This document shows, in pieces, positions 37,006 to 47,480 of a stretch of 64,000 bases of DNA (the stretch's first letter is position 1; every line of letters begins with the position of its first letter). The stretch covers positions 14,262,001-14,326,000 of the forward strand of contig CM059432.1 of NCBI GenBank assembly GCA_030390025.1. The letters are read 5' to 3'. A program made the translations under genes and the position numbers. The notes under the pieces were generated by a model. The model did not search any database. It was not told the origin of the DNA and saw nothing but the letters and a program-made list of their open reading frames with translations. This DNA is from Squalus acanthias (taxonomy: Eukaryota).

Positions 37006-37580
37006 TTACATTTACTCTATCTAAACCCTTCATGATTTTAAACTCCTCTATCAAATCTGTTCCAAGGAGAACAACCCCAGCTTCCCTAGTCTATCCACAT
37101 AACTGTAATCCCTCATCCCTGGAACCATTCTAGTAAATCTCTTCTGTACCCTCTCCAAAGCCTTCACGTCCTTCCTAAATTGTGGTGTCCAGAATTGGAC
37201 ACAATGCTCCAGCTGGGGCCGAACTAGTGTTTTATATAGGTTTAGCAGCACTTCCTGGCTTTTATAGTCTATGGGGTAAAAATTCAGTTGGTTGCGCCTC
37301 CCGTTAGTGCCTTAAAAGGGCGCTAATGGGGCGTTAAGGCGCTAACGCCCGGGCGCAGCGCTGTTTGCGCCGCTCGAGAACTTAACTTGAGATTGTGCGG
37401 CGGCGCTAAAACTTACCGTTGCGACCACCTGCGCGCGCAGATTGTGACGTCATTCCGTGGTGCAACGCCCTTGGGGCGCCCCGGAGCGGAAATTGAGTGG
37501 CGCCCCCTGCCTTACCGCCTGGCGCTTCCAACGACCGGAAGACTGGAACGTTATCAATCGGTGTGGGGCTGGGGGGGGGC

Positions 37581-37590
37581 GCTATTTAAA
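37581..37590 (+). promoter_or_regulatory. Candidate TATA-like box for the transposase gene
   Basis: GCTATTTAAA about 200 bp upstream of the ATG. The same motif is kept in the deleted relative (TTTAAATAGC at about 21258, opposite orientation). Confidence 0.45.
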
Positions 37591-37785
37591 GGGGGCCTCT
37601 TCCTGTCTTTTTCTGTGGTCGACATTTATGCACCACTCGTTCTGAGAGAGAGAGAGAGATTCGGAGAGAGAGAGAGAGAGACTTCTACATTGACTCAACG
37701 CTTTGTGAGGTAGTTTGGCCTAGTTCATCCTAACTTTGCTGCTACTTTCGTTGCTGTACCTCATTACTTTTCTGGCAAAGAGAAT

Positions 37786-38946
37786 ATGGGGGCTGCAATG
37801 ATTGGGGGCGTCGTCCTGCTCCAGCTCAATCGGAGGATAGTGAGACGCAGACAGAGAGTGGCAATGATGGCCAGACGGAGGAGGGCCATCAGGCGCATGT
37901 ACAGGAGAGCTTACCCTCCCAGGGTATATCGTGAACAGCTCTCCTACATCCACATGTCCAAGGAGCTGTGTTTGCGAAGGCTGCGATTCAGCAAGGAGGT
38001 GGTCACTGAGCTCTGCCACCTGCTGCAGCCAGATCTGCAGCCTCAGCTGAGGTCCAGGACGTCTCTGTCGGTGGCAGTGAAGGTCACAGTGGCTTTGAAC
38101 TTCTACGCCACTGGCTCATTCCAAGCTGCTGTTGGGGACCTCGCCAATATCTCCCAGTTTGCGGTGCATCGCTGCATCCGGCAGGTCACCAATGCCCTCT
38201 TCACAAGGAGACGAGACTTCATCTCCTTCCCTATGACCCCAGACAAGCAGCATGACCGTGCTATGGGCTTTGCGAGGGTAGCGGGCTTCCCCATGGTGCA
38301 GGGCGCCATTGACTGCACGCATGTGGCTTTGCGTGCTCCGCGAGAGAATGCAGAGGAGTTCCGGAACAGAAAGGGGTTCCATTCCTTGAATGTGCAGCTG
38401 GTCTGTGACCACAGACAGGTGATTCTCGCTGTCAATGCCCACTATCCGGGCAGCTGCCACGATGCTTTCATCCTGCGCCAGAGTACTGTGGCAGAAATTT
38501 TCGAGGCACCGCATCAGCCAGTTGGTTGGCTTCTGGGGGACAAGGGGTACGCATTGAGCACCTGGCTGATGACACCGCTCCGTACGCCAAACACCCCTGC
38601 TGAGCTGCGGTACAATGAAAGCCATCAAGCAACCAGGAACATTATTGAGCGCACAATCGGCGTGCTCAAACAACGATTCCGCTGTCTGGACCATTCCGGA
38701 GGAGCCCTGCAGTACTCTCCTGAGCAAGTTTCCAAATTCGTAGTGGTGTGCTGCATGTTGCACAACATGGCAATCCTCAGGACGCAGCCAATGCCACCAG
38801 GCCTTGCAGCACCACAAGAGGAGGAGGAGGAAGAGGAGGAACAGGCCGAGGACGATGATCAGCAGCAGCACCAAGGCAGGAGGGCGGCCCACAATGGTCA
38901 AACTGCAAGGGCCGTCCGTCAACGACTAATAGCAAGCCGCTTCTAG
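37786..38946 (+). CDS. Harbinger DDE transposase (HARBI1-like), 386 aa, uninterrupted
   Basis: Motifs typical of PIF/Harbinger transposases: N-terminal HTH region (VTVALNFYATGSFQAAVGDLANISQFAVHRCI), GAIDCTH, FRNRKGFHSLNVQLVCD, PGSCHDAFIL, LLGDKGY, YNESHQATRNIIERTIGVLKQRFRCL, CCMLHN, then an acidic tail. Confidence 0.96.
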   Translation: MGAAMIGGVVLLQLNRRIVRRRQRVAMMARRRRAIRRMYRRAYPPRVYREQLSYIHMSKELCLRRLRFSKEVVTELCHLLQPDLQPQLRSRTSLSVAVKVTVALNFYATGSFQAAVGDLANISQFAVHRCIRQVTNALFTRRRDFISFPMTPDKQHDRAMGFARVAGFPMVQGAIDCTHVALRAPRENAEEFRNRKGFHSLNVQLVCDHRQVILAVNAHYPGSCHDAFILRQSTVAEIFEAPHQPVGWLLGDKGYALSTWLMTPLRTPNTPAELRYNESHQATRNIIERTIGVLKQRFRCLDHSGGALQYSPEQVSKFVVVCCMLHNMAILRTQPMPPGLAAPQEEEEEEEEQAEDDDQQQHQGRRAAHNGQTARAVRQRLIASRF

Positions 38947-39057
38947 GGCCCCTGCCAGTGCTACAAACATGAATCAACCCAGCACGCAACCCCTAAGCCG
39001 GCCAAGGCACCAATAATTCCAACCACCAGCCATGTATATTTTGAATACAGAAACTTA

Positions 39058-39113
39058 TTTATTGTACAAACTCTGTGTGTGTCAATTCCTCATGACAAAC
39101 TCATAGAAATAAA
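39058..39113. terminator. Opposed polyadenylation signals of the two convergent Harbinger genes
   Basis: AATAAA on + at 39108-39113 downstream of the transposase stop. TTTATT at 39058-39063 is AATAAA on -, downstream of the Myb stop. Confidence 0.5.
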
Positions 39114-39240
39114 CACAAAAAAACAGTCAATAACATAACTGGTTCTCACAACCTGGAGATAATGTCCAAAACACTAAACAAAAGTTGGGCCATGAACCTC
39201 GGCCTTTAATAAAAAAATGACCAGCATTTTGGCACACCTC

Positions 39241-41149
39241 CTACTTTTTGCCCTTCGAGGGTGATCTCCTTCCCTTGCGCACTTCCCCCCTTCTAACCCT
39301 ACTGCTCCTCCGTAATGGGACCTCAGTGGCTGCAGCAAGGCTGGTGGAAGGCTGCTGCTTGTCAGACCCTGACACTGCAGATGCCCCTGAAGGACGGCCT
39401 CGACCACTTCTGGGCCTGGAGGGCCCGGCTGCAGACTGCACCAACTCTGCATGGGCGGCAGCAGTCTGTCCTACAGGCGGTGGCAAGTGCAGTGGAGAAG
39501 TGACAGTGTTGGCAGCAGGAATGCTGTCATCGTGAGAGAGGACAGCAACTCCCTGCTCGCCCGACACACTGGCACTCCCACGGGGCAGCACTTCAGCATC
39601 CGGAGCAATTTGCCGGAGAACAGATTGCTGGCCTGCTGCGGCGCGGTGACAGCCCCGGGGACATGTGCACGAACCATCGAGGATGGCAGCAGTCAATGCT
39701 CGCGTGGCCTCAATCTGAGTCTGCATGAGAGCAGTCAGAGATGGGTTCCTGGCAGCCAGTGACTGAATTGCAGCACTAAGCTTTAGTGTGGCATCCGCCT
39801 GTGCTACAGCGAAGTGCTCCACACTCCTTGCCAGTGCCTCAATGCATTCGGGCACCCTTCCCACTGCACCCATGAGCTCAGTGTGCATGCCCACCGCCTG
39901 GCTGTTCATTTCTGCAATCAGCCGCTCCTCCTCTGCGTCCATTGCATTAGGAGTGTCTGGCATACTCTCCCTCTGGGGAGAAGGCTCCCGTTCTTCCCTC
40001 CCCCCCCCATGGCGTGGCTGCAGCCCGCTGGGTCCTGGAGCTTCACCATCATCAGCCCCTTCCCCCCTGCTCCCCCGTTCTTCCCTCCCCCCCCAATGGC
40101 GTTGCTGCAGCCCGCTGGGTCCTGGAACTTCACCATCATCAGCCCCTTCCCCCCTGCTCCCCTCCGGGGAAGGCGTGTTCCCAGTGTGGCCATGGGCTTC
40201 CTCGGGAGAGGGTGGCACTGATGCTCCGGCTTCCTCTTCCTCCTCAGCTGCAGCATCACTCCCAGTGGCAGCTTCAGGGACCATCTCCTCAGCTGGTGAA
40301 TCACCATCTGAAAGCAGGGAGGTACAAGAGTGGCTTTAGTGTGAGGACAGGGTGGCAGTAAGGGAGGAATAAGTGCAGCGAGTTAGCAAGTTGGATTGAA
40401 AGTGTCAAAGGCTGGTATTGTGAGGGACAAGTGGAAGGACAGAGGACAAAAAGGTGATGACCTTACCATTGCTGTCCACAACGGGGTCGGCGTCTCCAGT
40501 GGCGACGGGACCGATCACCCGGCTTGCCACAATCCTGTGGACGCGCTCCTCCAGATCGCTGAGGGGTTGCAGCTGAAGCCGCCCTCCACCCGTCCGTTGC
40601 TGCTGTCTCCGATTATGAGCCAGCTTAGCCTGCAAGAAAAAGGACAGCATCTGAGTCAATATACAGCCATGGTCTTGCTGATGTGCCTCCCATAGGTGAA
40701 TAGCCCTTACAATATGCAGCCATGGTCTTGCCTGATGTGCCTCCCATAGGTGAATAGCCCTTACTGTATGCAAAGTGTGGAATGTGTGTGTGTGTTTGAT
40801 GAAAGGGCCATAGGTGTTGCATGAGTGTTGTGCATTGGGGTTTTAAGACCCTCTGGCCATAGAGTGAGGTTGAGATGGAGGGATGGAGAGGTATTGAGAA
40901 AAAGCCACTCACCCTGACGACCCGAGTGAGGTCGTTGAACTTTTTGCGGCACTGAACATGGGTCCTGGGCACCATGCTCCTGGAGGAGACGCTCTGAGCC
41001 ACCTCCCTCCACACTCTTCTGAACTCGCGTGGCAAAGGCCTCCTGCCACTCTCCGGGAACAGCATGCATCGTCTGCGCTCCACTGCGTCAACCAGAGCAT
41101 CCAAGGCCCGCTCGGTGAAGCGATGAGCGCGTTCTCTCACCCTCTCCAT
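39241..41149 (-). CDS. Harbinger Myb/SANT-like DNA-binding protein, 3 coding exons, about 488 aa
   Basis: Exon 1 41149-40913 (79 aa: MERVRERAHRFTERALDALVDAV...WREVAQSV...RTHVQCRKKFNDLTRVVR, donor GTGAGT, phase 0). Exon 2 40629-40467 (acceptor tttttcttgCAG; AKLAHNRRQQQRTGGG..., donor GTAAGG, phase 1). Exon 3 40307-39241 (acceptor ctgctttCAG), which reads in frame into ORF 39241..40284 and ends in a basic NLS-like RRSSRVRRGEVRKGRRSPSKGKK. Confidence 0.9.
39988..40161 (-). repeat. In-frame 87-bp (29-aa) tandem duplication in Myb gene exon 3
   Basis: GSRGEGADDGEVPGPSGLQQRHWGGREER / GSRGEGADDGEAPGPSGLQPRHGGGREER; period 87 bp. Confidence 0.9.
40664..40764. repeat. About 53-bp tandem duplication in Myb gene intron 1
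   Basis: cagccatggtcttgc(c)tgatgtgcctcccataggtgaatagcccttac occurs twice. Confidence 0.85.
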
Positions 41150-42149
41150 GCTTGGCAGCAAAATGGATTACAGGTCTCTCCAGGCTGAGATTCAAGGCTG
41201 CAATGAGCAGGGTGTGGCTGGGGAGCAAGTGGCCCCCCCCGCTTTAAGAAGTGTCCGGCGCCAGTGTGTCTGTGTTCCCTCGCTAACTGGCAGCAGCTGC
41301 GCTGCGCTCGTGCGCTGAGGTAGCGCCTCACTCCTAGGCCTTTGCGCCTTAAGAGAGGTGTGCAGCGCCTAATTTAGCGCTCCACTCACCTCCCGGGGCG
41401 GTAAAAGTGAAGTTTCCTGTCAGTGCCGATAATTAGCGCCAGGCGCTAATATTTGCGCGCGGACGATATTTGCGCCCCAAATGGGGCGCGACCTAATTTC
41501 TACCCCTATGCCTCTATTTATAAAGCCCAGGATCCCATATGCTTTATTAACTGTTTTGTTAAACTGTCCCGCCACCTGCAAAGAGTTGAGCACAAGCACC
41601 CACAGGTCTCTCTGTTCTTGCACCTCCTTTAAAATTGTACCATGCAGTATGTATGGTCTCTTCTCAGTTTTCCTACCACTTGTGGTGTTTCCTGGGAGAG
41701 CATTCAAACGATCAAGTCAAGGTAGGAGTACGTGGGGTGTATTTTAACACCGGTATAAACCTATTAACCCATGATGTAGTCGGCTTCCTAGAGATTGATG
41801 GCTACTAACAAACCTCAATGGCAAACTGCTTGAATGATAATACCTGCTCTATCATAAAGTCTTTTCTTTATGAATTGTTTACAAACTTCTGAGGCTGAGA
41901 ATGGAGCAAGCCTTTCCCATTCTATTAGGTACCAGAAATTATTAGGAAAAGAATCTGTTGCCCTATCAGGTAAAACAGTAATATAAGAAACATTGCCAAC
42001 TTGAGGGAAATCTCAGAAGAGGAGAAGTGACATATGGCTGTGATCTTAATGGAACCACTTTAAATGGTAGAACGTATCTTTCTCGTGTTTCCCAAGCCTG
42101 AACAGTCCTACATTCCGATGGACATTGGGAATTATGGAAGAAGGAACTG

Positions 42150-42480
42150 AGTTATTTAAGTACATCTAGTGATTTCTTGTCCTCAACCTCTCCACAGAGT
42201 TGCATGTGCCATCCTCTTCCACCGTCTCTTCTCCATGGTTTACCTCCACGGGACTGCACCTGTTTGGTTCCAGTCCTACCTCTCCCAGTGCAGTCAGTGC
42301 ATTCCAGCAAAAGGTTTCTCCTTCTACTACTGCACATTCACCTCTGTTGTCCCTCAAGGCTTCTTTCTTGGCTCCCCTCCTTTTCCTCATTTAGATGTTG
42401 CCTCTTGGTGGTATCTTCCATAGCCGTGGGGTCAGTTTCTACATCTCTGCTGATGACACACAGCTCTACCTTGCTGGCAG
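42150..42480 (+). mobile_element. Degenerate L2-type RT fragment
   Basis: WFQSYLSQ...SVVPQG...; ADDTQLYL in another frame. Confidence 0.7.
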
Positions 42481-43364
42481 TGAATGGGTTAAATCGGTGG
42501 GCAGCATGCCGTGAGGAGCACATGCACTGTTCTCATGCTGGGCACATAATGGAAAAGTATTGAATGCTGTTAGACAGTAGATGGTAGAAAATGCTAAGTT
42601 TCATTTATGATAATAGGGATGAGAACATACCAAGGAGTGGAGAAGTCAGAGCCAATGGGAAAGGGTTAAGTGCGTGACAGACAGGAGGTAAATTGTTGAG
42701 TATGTGAGATCCTGGCTACAGAACTGGAATAATCTGGTTTTCTAGAGGGAGAACATTTAACATTCTTGAGAGGCCATGGTATGTCATGATCATAGCTGCT
42801 AAATGAGTATGTATTTGTTCCAGTATAAGTGTGTATTTGTTCTAGTATAAGTGTGTAAACTACACTGGGGGCTTTGACTACTTTGTTCCTAAGGGCTTTG
42901 TGGCAACTCCCGAGAGGTCTGCTATTTGTAAGTATATAAATGTATTGCTTGCAGATCTTATGCTACTGTGCTAATAAAGTATTAGCTTACTCCAGTGTTT
43001 TCAAGCCTTATTTGGATGGAAGAAAGTTCAATATATTATTCCAACTCTTTTGTCAACTCCACAACTATTCCTGCGCTATCAGACTGTCTGTCTTACATCA
43101 AGTTGTCGATGAGCCAGAATTTCCTCTAATTGAACATTGGGAAAAATACAGTTGCCATATTCTTCCCCATGCCAAAAATACTGTACTGAGCCAGATTCAA
43201 ACTCTCATATACTGGACACCACCAAGACTCCCATATCACAAGGTAGCACCATTTAATGCATAGGTGAGCATTATGCTTGGTGCAAAAGGCTGCACCGTCT
43301 AAAGGATGGGATGCATATTGATGAGCCAGGTGGTCTTTTCTCACCCTCTGTCCCATCACTGCGA

Positions 43365-43558
43365 GTTGTTGTGATCTGGAATGCACTGCCTGAAAGCAGA
43401 TTCAATAGTAACTTTCAAAAGGGAATTGGATATATACTTGAGAGGAAAACATTTGAAGGGCTATGGGGAAAGAGCAGGGGAGTGGGACTAATTGGATAGC
43501 TCTACCAAAGAGCACAGGCATCGAATGGCCTCCTTCTGTGCTGTTTCATTCTATGATC
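43365..43558 (+). mobile_element. CR1 3' fragment
   Basis: RVVVIWNALP followed by the CR1 tail gaatggcctccttctgtgctg...attctatga. Confidence 0.8.
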
Positions 43559-43574
43559 ATAGAAAAATCCCCAA

Positions 43575-43990
43575 TCAATGCCATTGTCACTGCCAGACTA
43601 GATTTCTCCAACACTTGCCTCTCTTACCTTCCAAGTTTCACCCCTCATGAAGTCCAACTCATTCAATATACCACCCCTCCCCCACATTATGTCTCGCACT
43701 ATGTCCTATTCGCTCATCACTCCAGTTCTCACTGATATACACTGGATCCCCATTCACTTATGTACTGATTTCAAAATCGTCATCATCTATCAATCCCTCT
43801 ACTGTCTTGCCTACCCAACACTGCGACCTCCTTAAGCCCTGTCGCAAACCCTTCATTTACCATAAATATACCCTCCTGTGCATTTCCTGTTCCACTTCAC
43901 TATTGCAGAGGCTCTTTCAGATGTCCTGAACCTACTCCATGAAACTCCTCCCTAAACCCCTCTGCCTTGCTCCTCATCTTCTCAAAACAA
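43575..43990 (+). mobile_element. Degenerate L2-type C-terminal fragment
   Basis: AIVTARLDFSN...; ITPVLTDIHWIPI...DFKI. Confidence 0.65.
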
Positions 43991-44049
43991 ATCCAATCAT
44001 TGATGGGCTTGCCGGTCTTTACTTTCACTTCCTTTTTGTATATCTCTGG

Positions 44050-44350
44050 ATTAGAGAAAATATGGGTGAATTGCTGTCGCATATGGAAGGAGTGTTTGGG
44101 GCCCTGGAGTGTTGTGTGGGTGGAAGTAACTGGATACATGTTGCGTCCCCTGTGATTGCATGGGACAGTGCAGGGGAAATGGTAGTTGGAGTAGGGATGG
44201 TGGAAGATGAATCGGGAATCATGGAGGGACACAGTCCCTCCAGAAGGCAGAGAGGAGAAAATTTGCTTGGTGGTGGGATTGTGTTGTAAGTGGAGGAATG
44301 GCAGAAGATGACCTGCCAAATGCAGAGGTTGATGAGGTGGAAGGTGAGAG
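44050..44350 (-). mobile_element. Degenerate Penelope-like element fragment (RT-endonuclease linker region)
   Basis: The minus strand reads PCNHRGRNMYPVTSTHTTLQGPKHSFHMRQQFTHIFSN, which resembles the Cys-containing linker before the PLE GIY-YIG domain. Confidence 0.6.
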
Positions 44351-45299
44351 CAAATGAAAAAAACCTTGCATATACTTATAACTTAAGCTACAAAGCCCAT
44401 GTAACCACCTGTTTTCATACATCATAAGTTTATAATCAGGGCCAATCTTGAAGTGTCAGGTATATGGGGAGATTGTCAGTTTTTTTGAAGCTGTTGGCCA
44501 GCTTTTGCTAATTTTCTAGGTTGGTATGTACTCCTTCTTGTGCCAGGGACTGAGAATGAGAATATTATCTGGGTTTGTGATCTTACTTCTCTTGAGGTTC
44601 TAGCCTTTGGTTTCAGACCAGGGATGGTGTAATCTGCAAACAACAGTTCCTTTTTTGAATGCAACATCCAGCAACCAGAGGGACCTATGTTTTGTTTTCC
44701 AAAAAGACTTTCACTTACCAAATAAAGCAGGAATAATGGAAATGTATCCTGTGTACAGTCATCCATCCTTTTACCTAGTACAGAAGCAAAGAAATGGCTG
44801 CAGAGGTAGCTCTAGTATGGCCTGGTCCATGTTCTTAATTCCCGCCACCCCCCACCCACTCTCCTGAAGGTATTGGCTCCTTGATGGGGTATGATTCCAC
44901 AGGCACAGGGCACCTTCCATTACTTCACCCAAATGACCACTTTTGTGTGAGCCTTGACAGTGAGTGTGGGCAGAGATTTTGACAATGGCGGGGCAAACAT
45001 CACACCTGAACTCCATCCTATCCTCCTGGACAGATATGAGGAATGGGATGATTTTTTCCCCCCCTCCCGAACCTAGGAGTGTGAACACTGCCTGGGTGTG
45101 ATCAGCTAATTCAACCCAGACTGGAGATCAAAACAGGGAACCATCCTGGCCTGTGGAGTTCAGCTACTTACTGTATACATTTGCTGAGCCATTTGGGGTG
45201 CCCAAGATCAATTTAATAGAGATAAATATAGTGCACTCTGAAAGAATTATAAAATGTAAGTAATTGTGTGCAAATTCTTTTGTGCTCATTCACAAAATG

Positions 45300-47264
45300 A
45301 AGTTTTTTTCTCAGTTTTATTTTGGCAGCTACCCAATAATTTAAATCTTTCAAATTTAAATGTCCTTCTAACAACTTACTGTACTAAACTGTGGTTGATC
45401 CATTTTGATTGCTAGCAATCTTAGTCATACCACACACTCACACTCACACTCACAAAGATGGGCCTGGACATTATATTAATAAGCCCTTTCACGCTTCACT
45501 CCAAATGAATTTGAAAAGCAACATCAGATGTTGGAAATTCGGACTTTTTATTTACGGGTAAGTTCTGTCTTACACTGAACCCTAAAGACATCCATTACAA
45601 TATTAAGTCTGAACAATATCTCAATATTTTCCAAAAAAATTATCAATACTGTACACAGACAGTTGAACTGTTACAATAATTTAGTTAAAAATGCTTTCTC
45701 CCTAGTTAATGCAAGAAACATCAATAATTAAAATACAGTACATGATTAACCTCACAACTTTCATTACAGTGGATTCTTCGTCTTTTTGTTCCTCATATTT
45801 ATGAGTGATGTTGGGGTACAGTAGCTATATACATGCACTAAAGTGCTATGGACCCAATGGCATGCAAGTCAAGTATTGTACCATCATACAGCTAACCTAT
45901 TAAGACTGTCCGTATCTCTCCTCTTTTTTTGCCTTTTGCTCTAGCAAAAAAAATTAAAAACTCTATTCAATATAGTTTTTTTTTTCTTGTCCCTAAACCT
46001 GTACGATGCAGCTCGCTTTCGTCAAGTGCACCATGGACTCTTTGTATCAATAATAACTAATGCTTCAATCAATACGAAGCACTTTACAAAGTCGCACTGG
46101 CATCAAGAGTAGAATAAAATTAATGTTTTATAAAAGAATATTATTAGGACTATTTTACATGGAAAACAATACAGTGCAATGTAAAAGAAAGGCAGCCCAA
46201 GTTACTGAGAGACCACTCCAAACCCATCAACTTCTCAGGATTCTGATTTCTTTCTCTTCTTCCCGTTATATAGACTGTACTTTTTACAGGCAAATACCTG
46301 GACACCATAACCGTCCTACTGAGACGTGCAACGCTGTATGGTAATACTGAGGAAACTACTGTAAGCAATGAATTACAAGACTTCGTTGATATAATAGTTA
46401 CAAATTTTATTGTAGATAATACTTCTTAACATTTTTTTTGCATTTATTGGAATTTTTCGCTTGAAAAAGAATTCCCCCACTTGACTTGACCCAATGCCTC
46501 CACGCAACCTTCAAGGATGGCAGGGCAATCCAAGCTGTAGACATCTCCACGGCCACTGCCACTTCCACTGCTGCTCTGTGATCAGCCAACAGAAGGTGCA
46601 ACTTTGCCAGGATGGGACCAACCACGTCGATTCCCAGCTCTCCCCCTTCCCCACTGGTGGAACACGAGGTCCTGTAGCTAATGGTCTGGTCAAAAAAAAC
46701 ACAGACAAACTCATCCCAACTGCGGTTGCAGATCTGACTAACAAGCAGCCCCGGGAACATAAACCCATGTCCTCCACCTTAATAAGGAGCTCAGCGCTGT
46801 TACCACTAGGCTTCCAGCTGCCAGGAAAACTATACTGAATACACATCACATGGTTTAAGAATTTAACTTGGTCTCTTCCTGTAGGCAGCAGTGAAAAAAT
46901 AAATCCTCACTGCACAGCCCAAACGGTGGAAGAAGAGGGGAGGTGGGGGGGCCTTCACAGTCTATACTGTGTACATTTCAAATTGCTTTGTCTACTCTCC
47001 ATAATGGCTAAATAAAAATAACAGAGACTCCTAAACAGTTGTTCTACAAGCAAAGAAATCTCCCTCTTTACAGCCATGTATGCTAGCTGGTCTCAATTTG
47101 GAGTACAGACATGTCCATAGTTTTATAGGTTCGATACACAACAGTTACGTCTCTATTCCTGATCTGTTGAATCCTTCGGAACTTCAACTGCTGACTAGGA
47201 TTGGCCATCCTGTAGAGCTGCTGTGACTGTGGATTGCAGTGTTCTTTTTTTATTCACCTGTGGA
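45300..47264 (-). other. Candidate 3' UTR of the host gene
   Basis: No recognisable transposon in about 2 kb; AT/U-rich; minus-strand AATAAA at 46406-46411, 45547-45552 and 45316-45321; TGTATATA (Pumilio-type) at 45826-45833. Confidence 0.5.
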
Positions 47265-47480
47265 TCACGCAGACTCGTGCTCTAGGTCATGGTCTGGCAC
47301 TGTTGCAGGTGGTTCTATGCTTCTGGGTTGTTCGGCACAAGCTAAATCCCCAGAGGACGAAGACCGGGAGGCAGAGGGGGAGCGTGAAGCCCATCGCGAT
47401 GGTGGACGTTGGTTGGCTGGCCTGGCAGGGCGTGAGAAGCAGGGTTCTAGTGGTGGAGCTACTGAGGACCAAGGTAACTC
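47265..47480 (-). CDS. Candidate terminal coding exon of an unidentified host gene (71 aa, Pro/Ser/Arg-rich)
   Basis: On the minus strand, branch-like CTAAT, a long pyrimidine tract and AG (ctaatcttccctttttccttctatttcctggttgtaAG) precede ELPWSSVAPPLEPCFSRPARPANQRPPSRWASRSPSAS...HDLEHESA*. GC/CpG-richer than its flanks, and followed by about 2 kb without recognisable repeats. Confidence 0.6.
   Translation of the reverse strand, partial: ELPWSSVAPPLEPCFSRPARPANQRPPSRWASRSPSASRSSSSGDLACAEQPRSIEPPATVPDHDLEHESA

Larger units (their letters stand above)
37273..41506 (+). mobile_element. Full-length, apparently autonomous PIF/Harbinger DNA transposon (4,234 bp)
   Basis: Left end GGGGTAAAAATT (37273) and right end AATTTCTACCCC (41506; reverse complement GGGGTAGAAATT, 11/12 match). 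TAT is duplicated on both sides (37270-37272, 41507-41509). Removing the element rejoins a minus-strand CR1 (...tagtctat|gcctctatttataaagcccagg). Contains DDE transposase and Myb/SANT genes. Confidence 0.96.
37010..41675 (-). mobile_element. CR1 fragment that hosts the Harbinger insertion (pieces 37010-37272 and 41507-41675)
   Basis: KAYGILGFINRGI (right piece) continues as ...LLNLYKTLVRPQLEHCVQFW (left piece) once the transposon is removed. Confidence 0.9.

Noticed and set aside
38116..38922. 268-aa antisense ORF within the transposase
   Set aside because: Shadow frame of a GC-rich coding sequence; no motifs.
37786..38946. Domesticated host gene HARBI1
   Set aside because: The ORF lies between TIRs with a TSD, interrupts a CR1 and is paired with a Myb gene, so it is a transposon gene.
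39788..40339. Plus-strand ORFs overlapping Myb exon 3
   Set aside because: Antisense shadows of low-complexity GC-rich coding DNA.
44350..44810. Possible processed pseudogene or unknown coding remnant
   Set aside because: Frames are interrupted and no family could be recognised by eye.
46407..46849. Overlapping 112-117 aa ORFs
   Set aside because: No motifs or splice context; they fall in the presumed 3' UTR.
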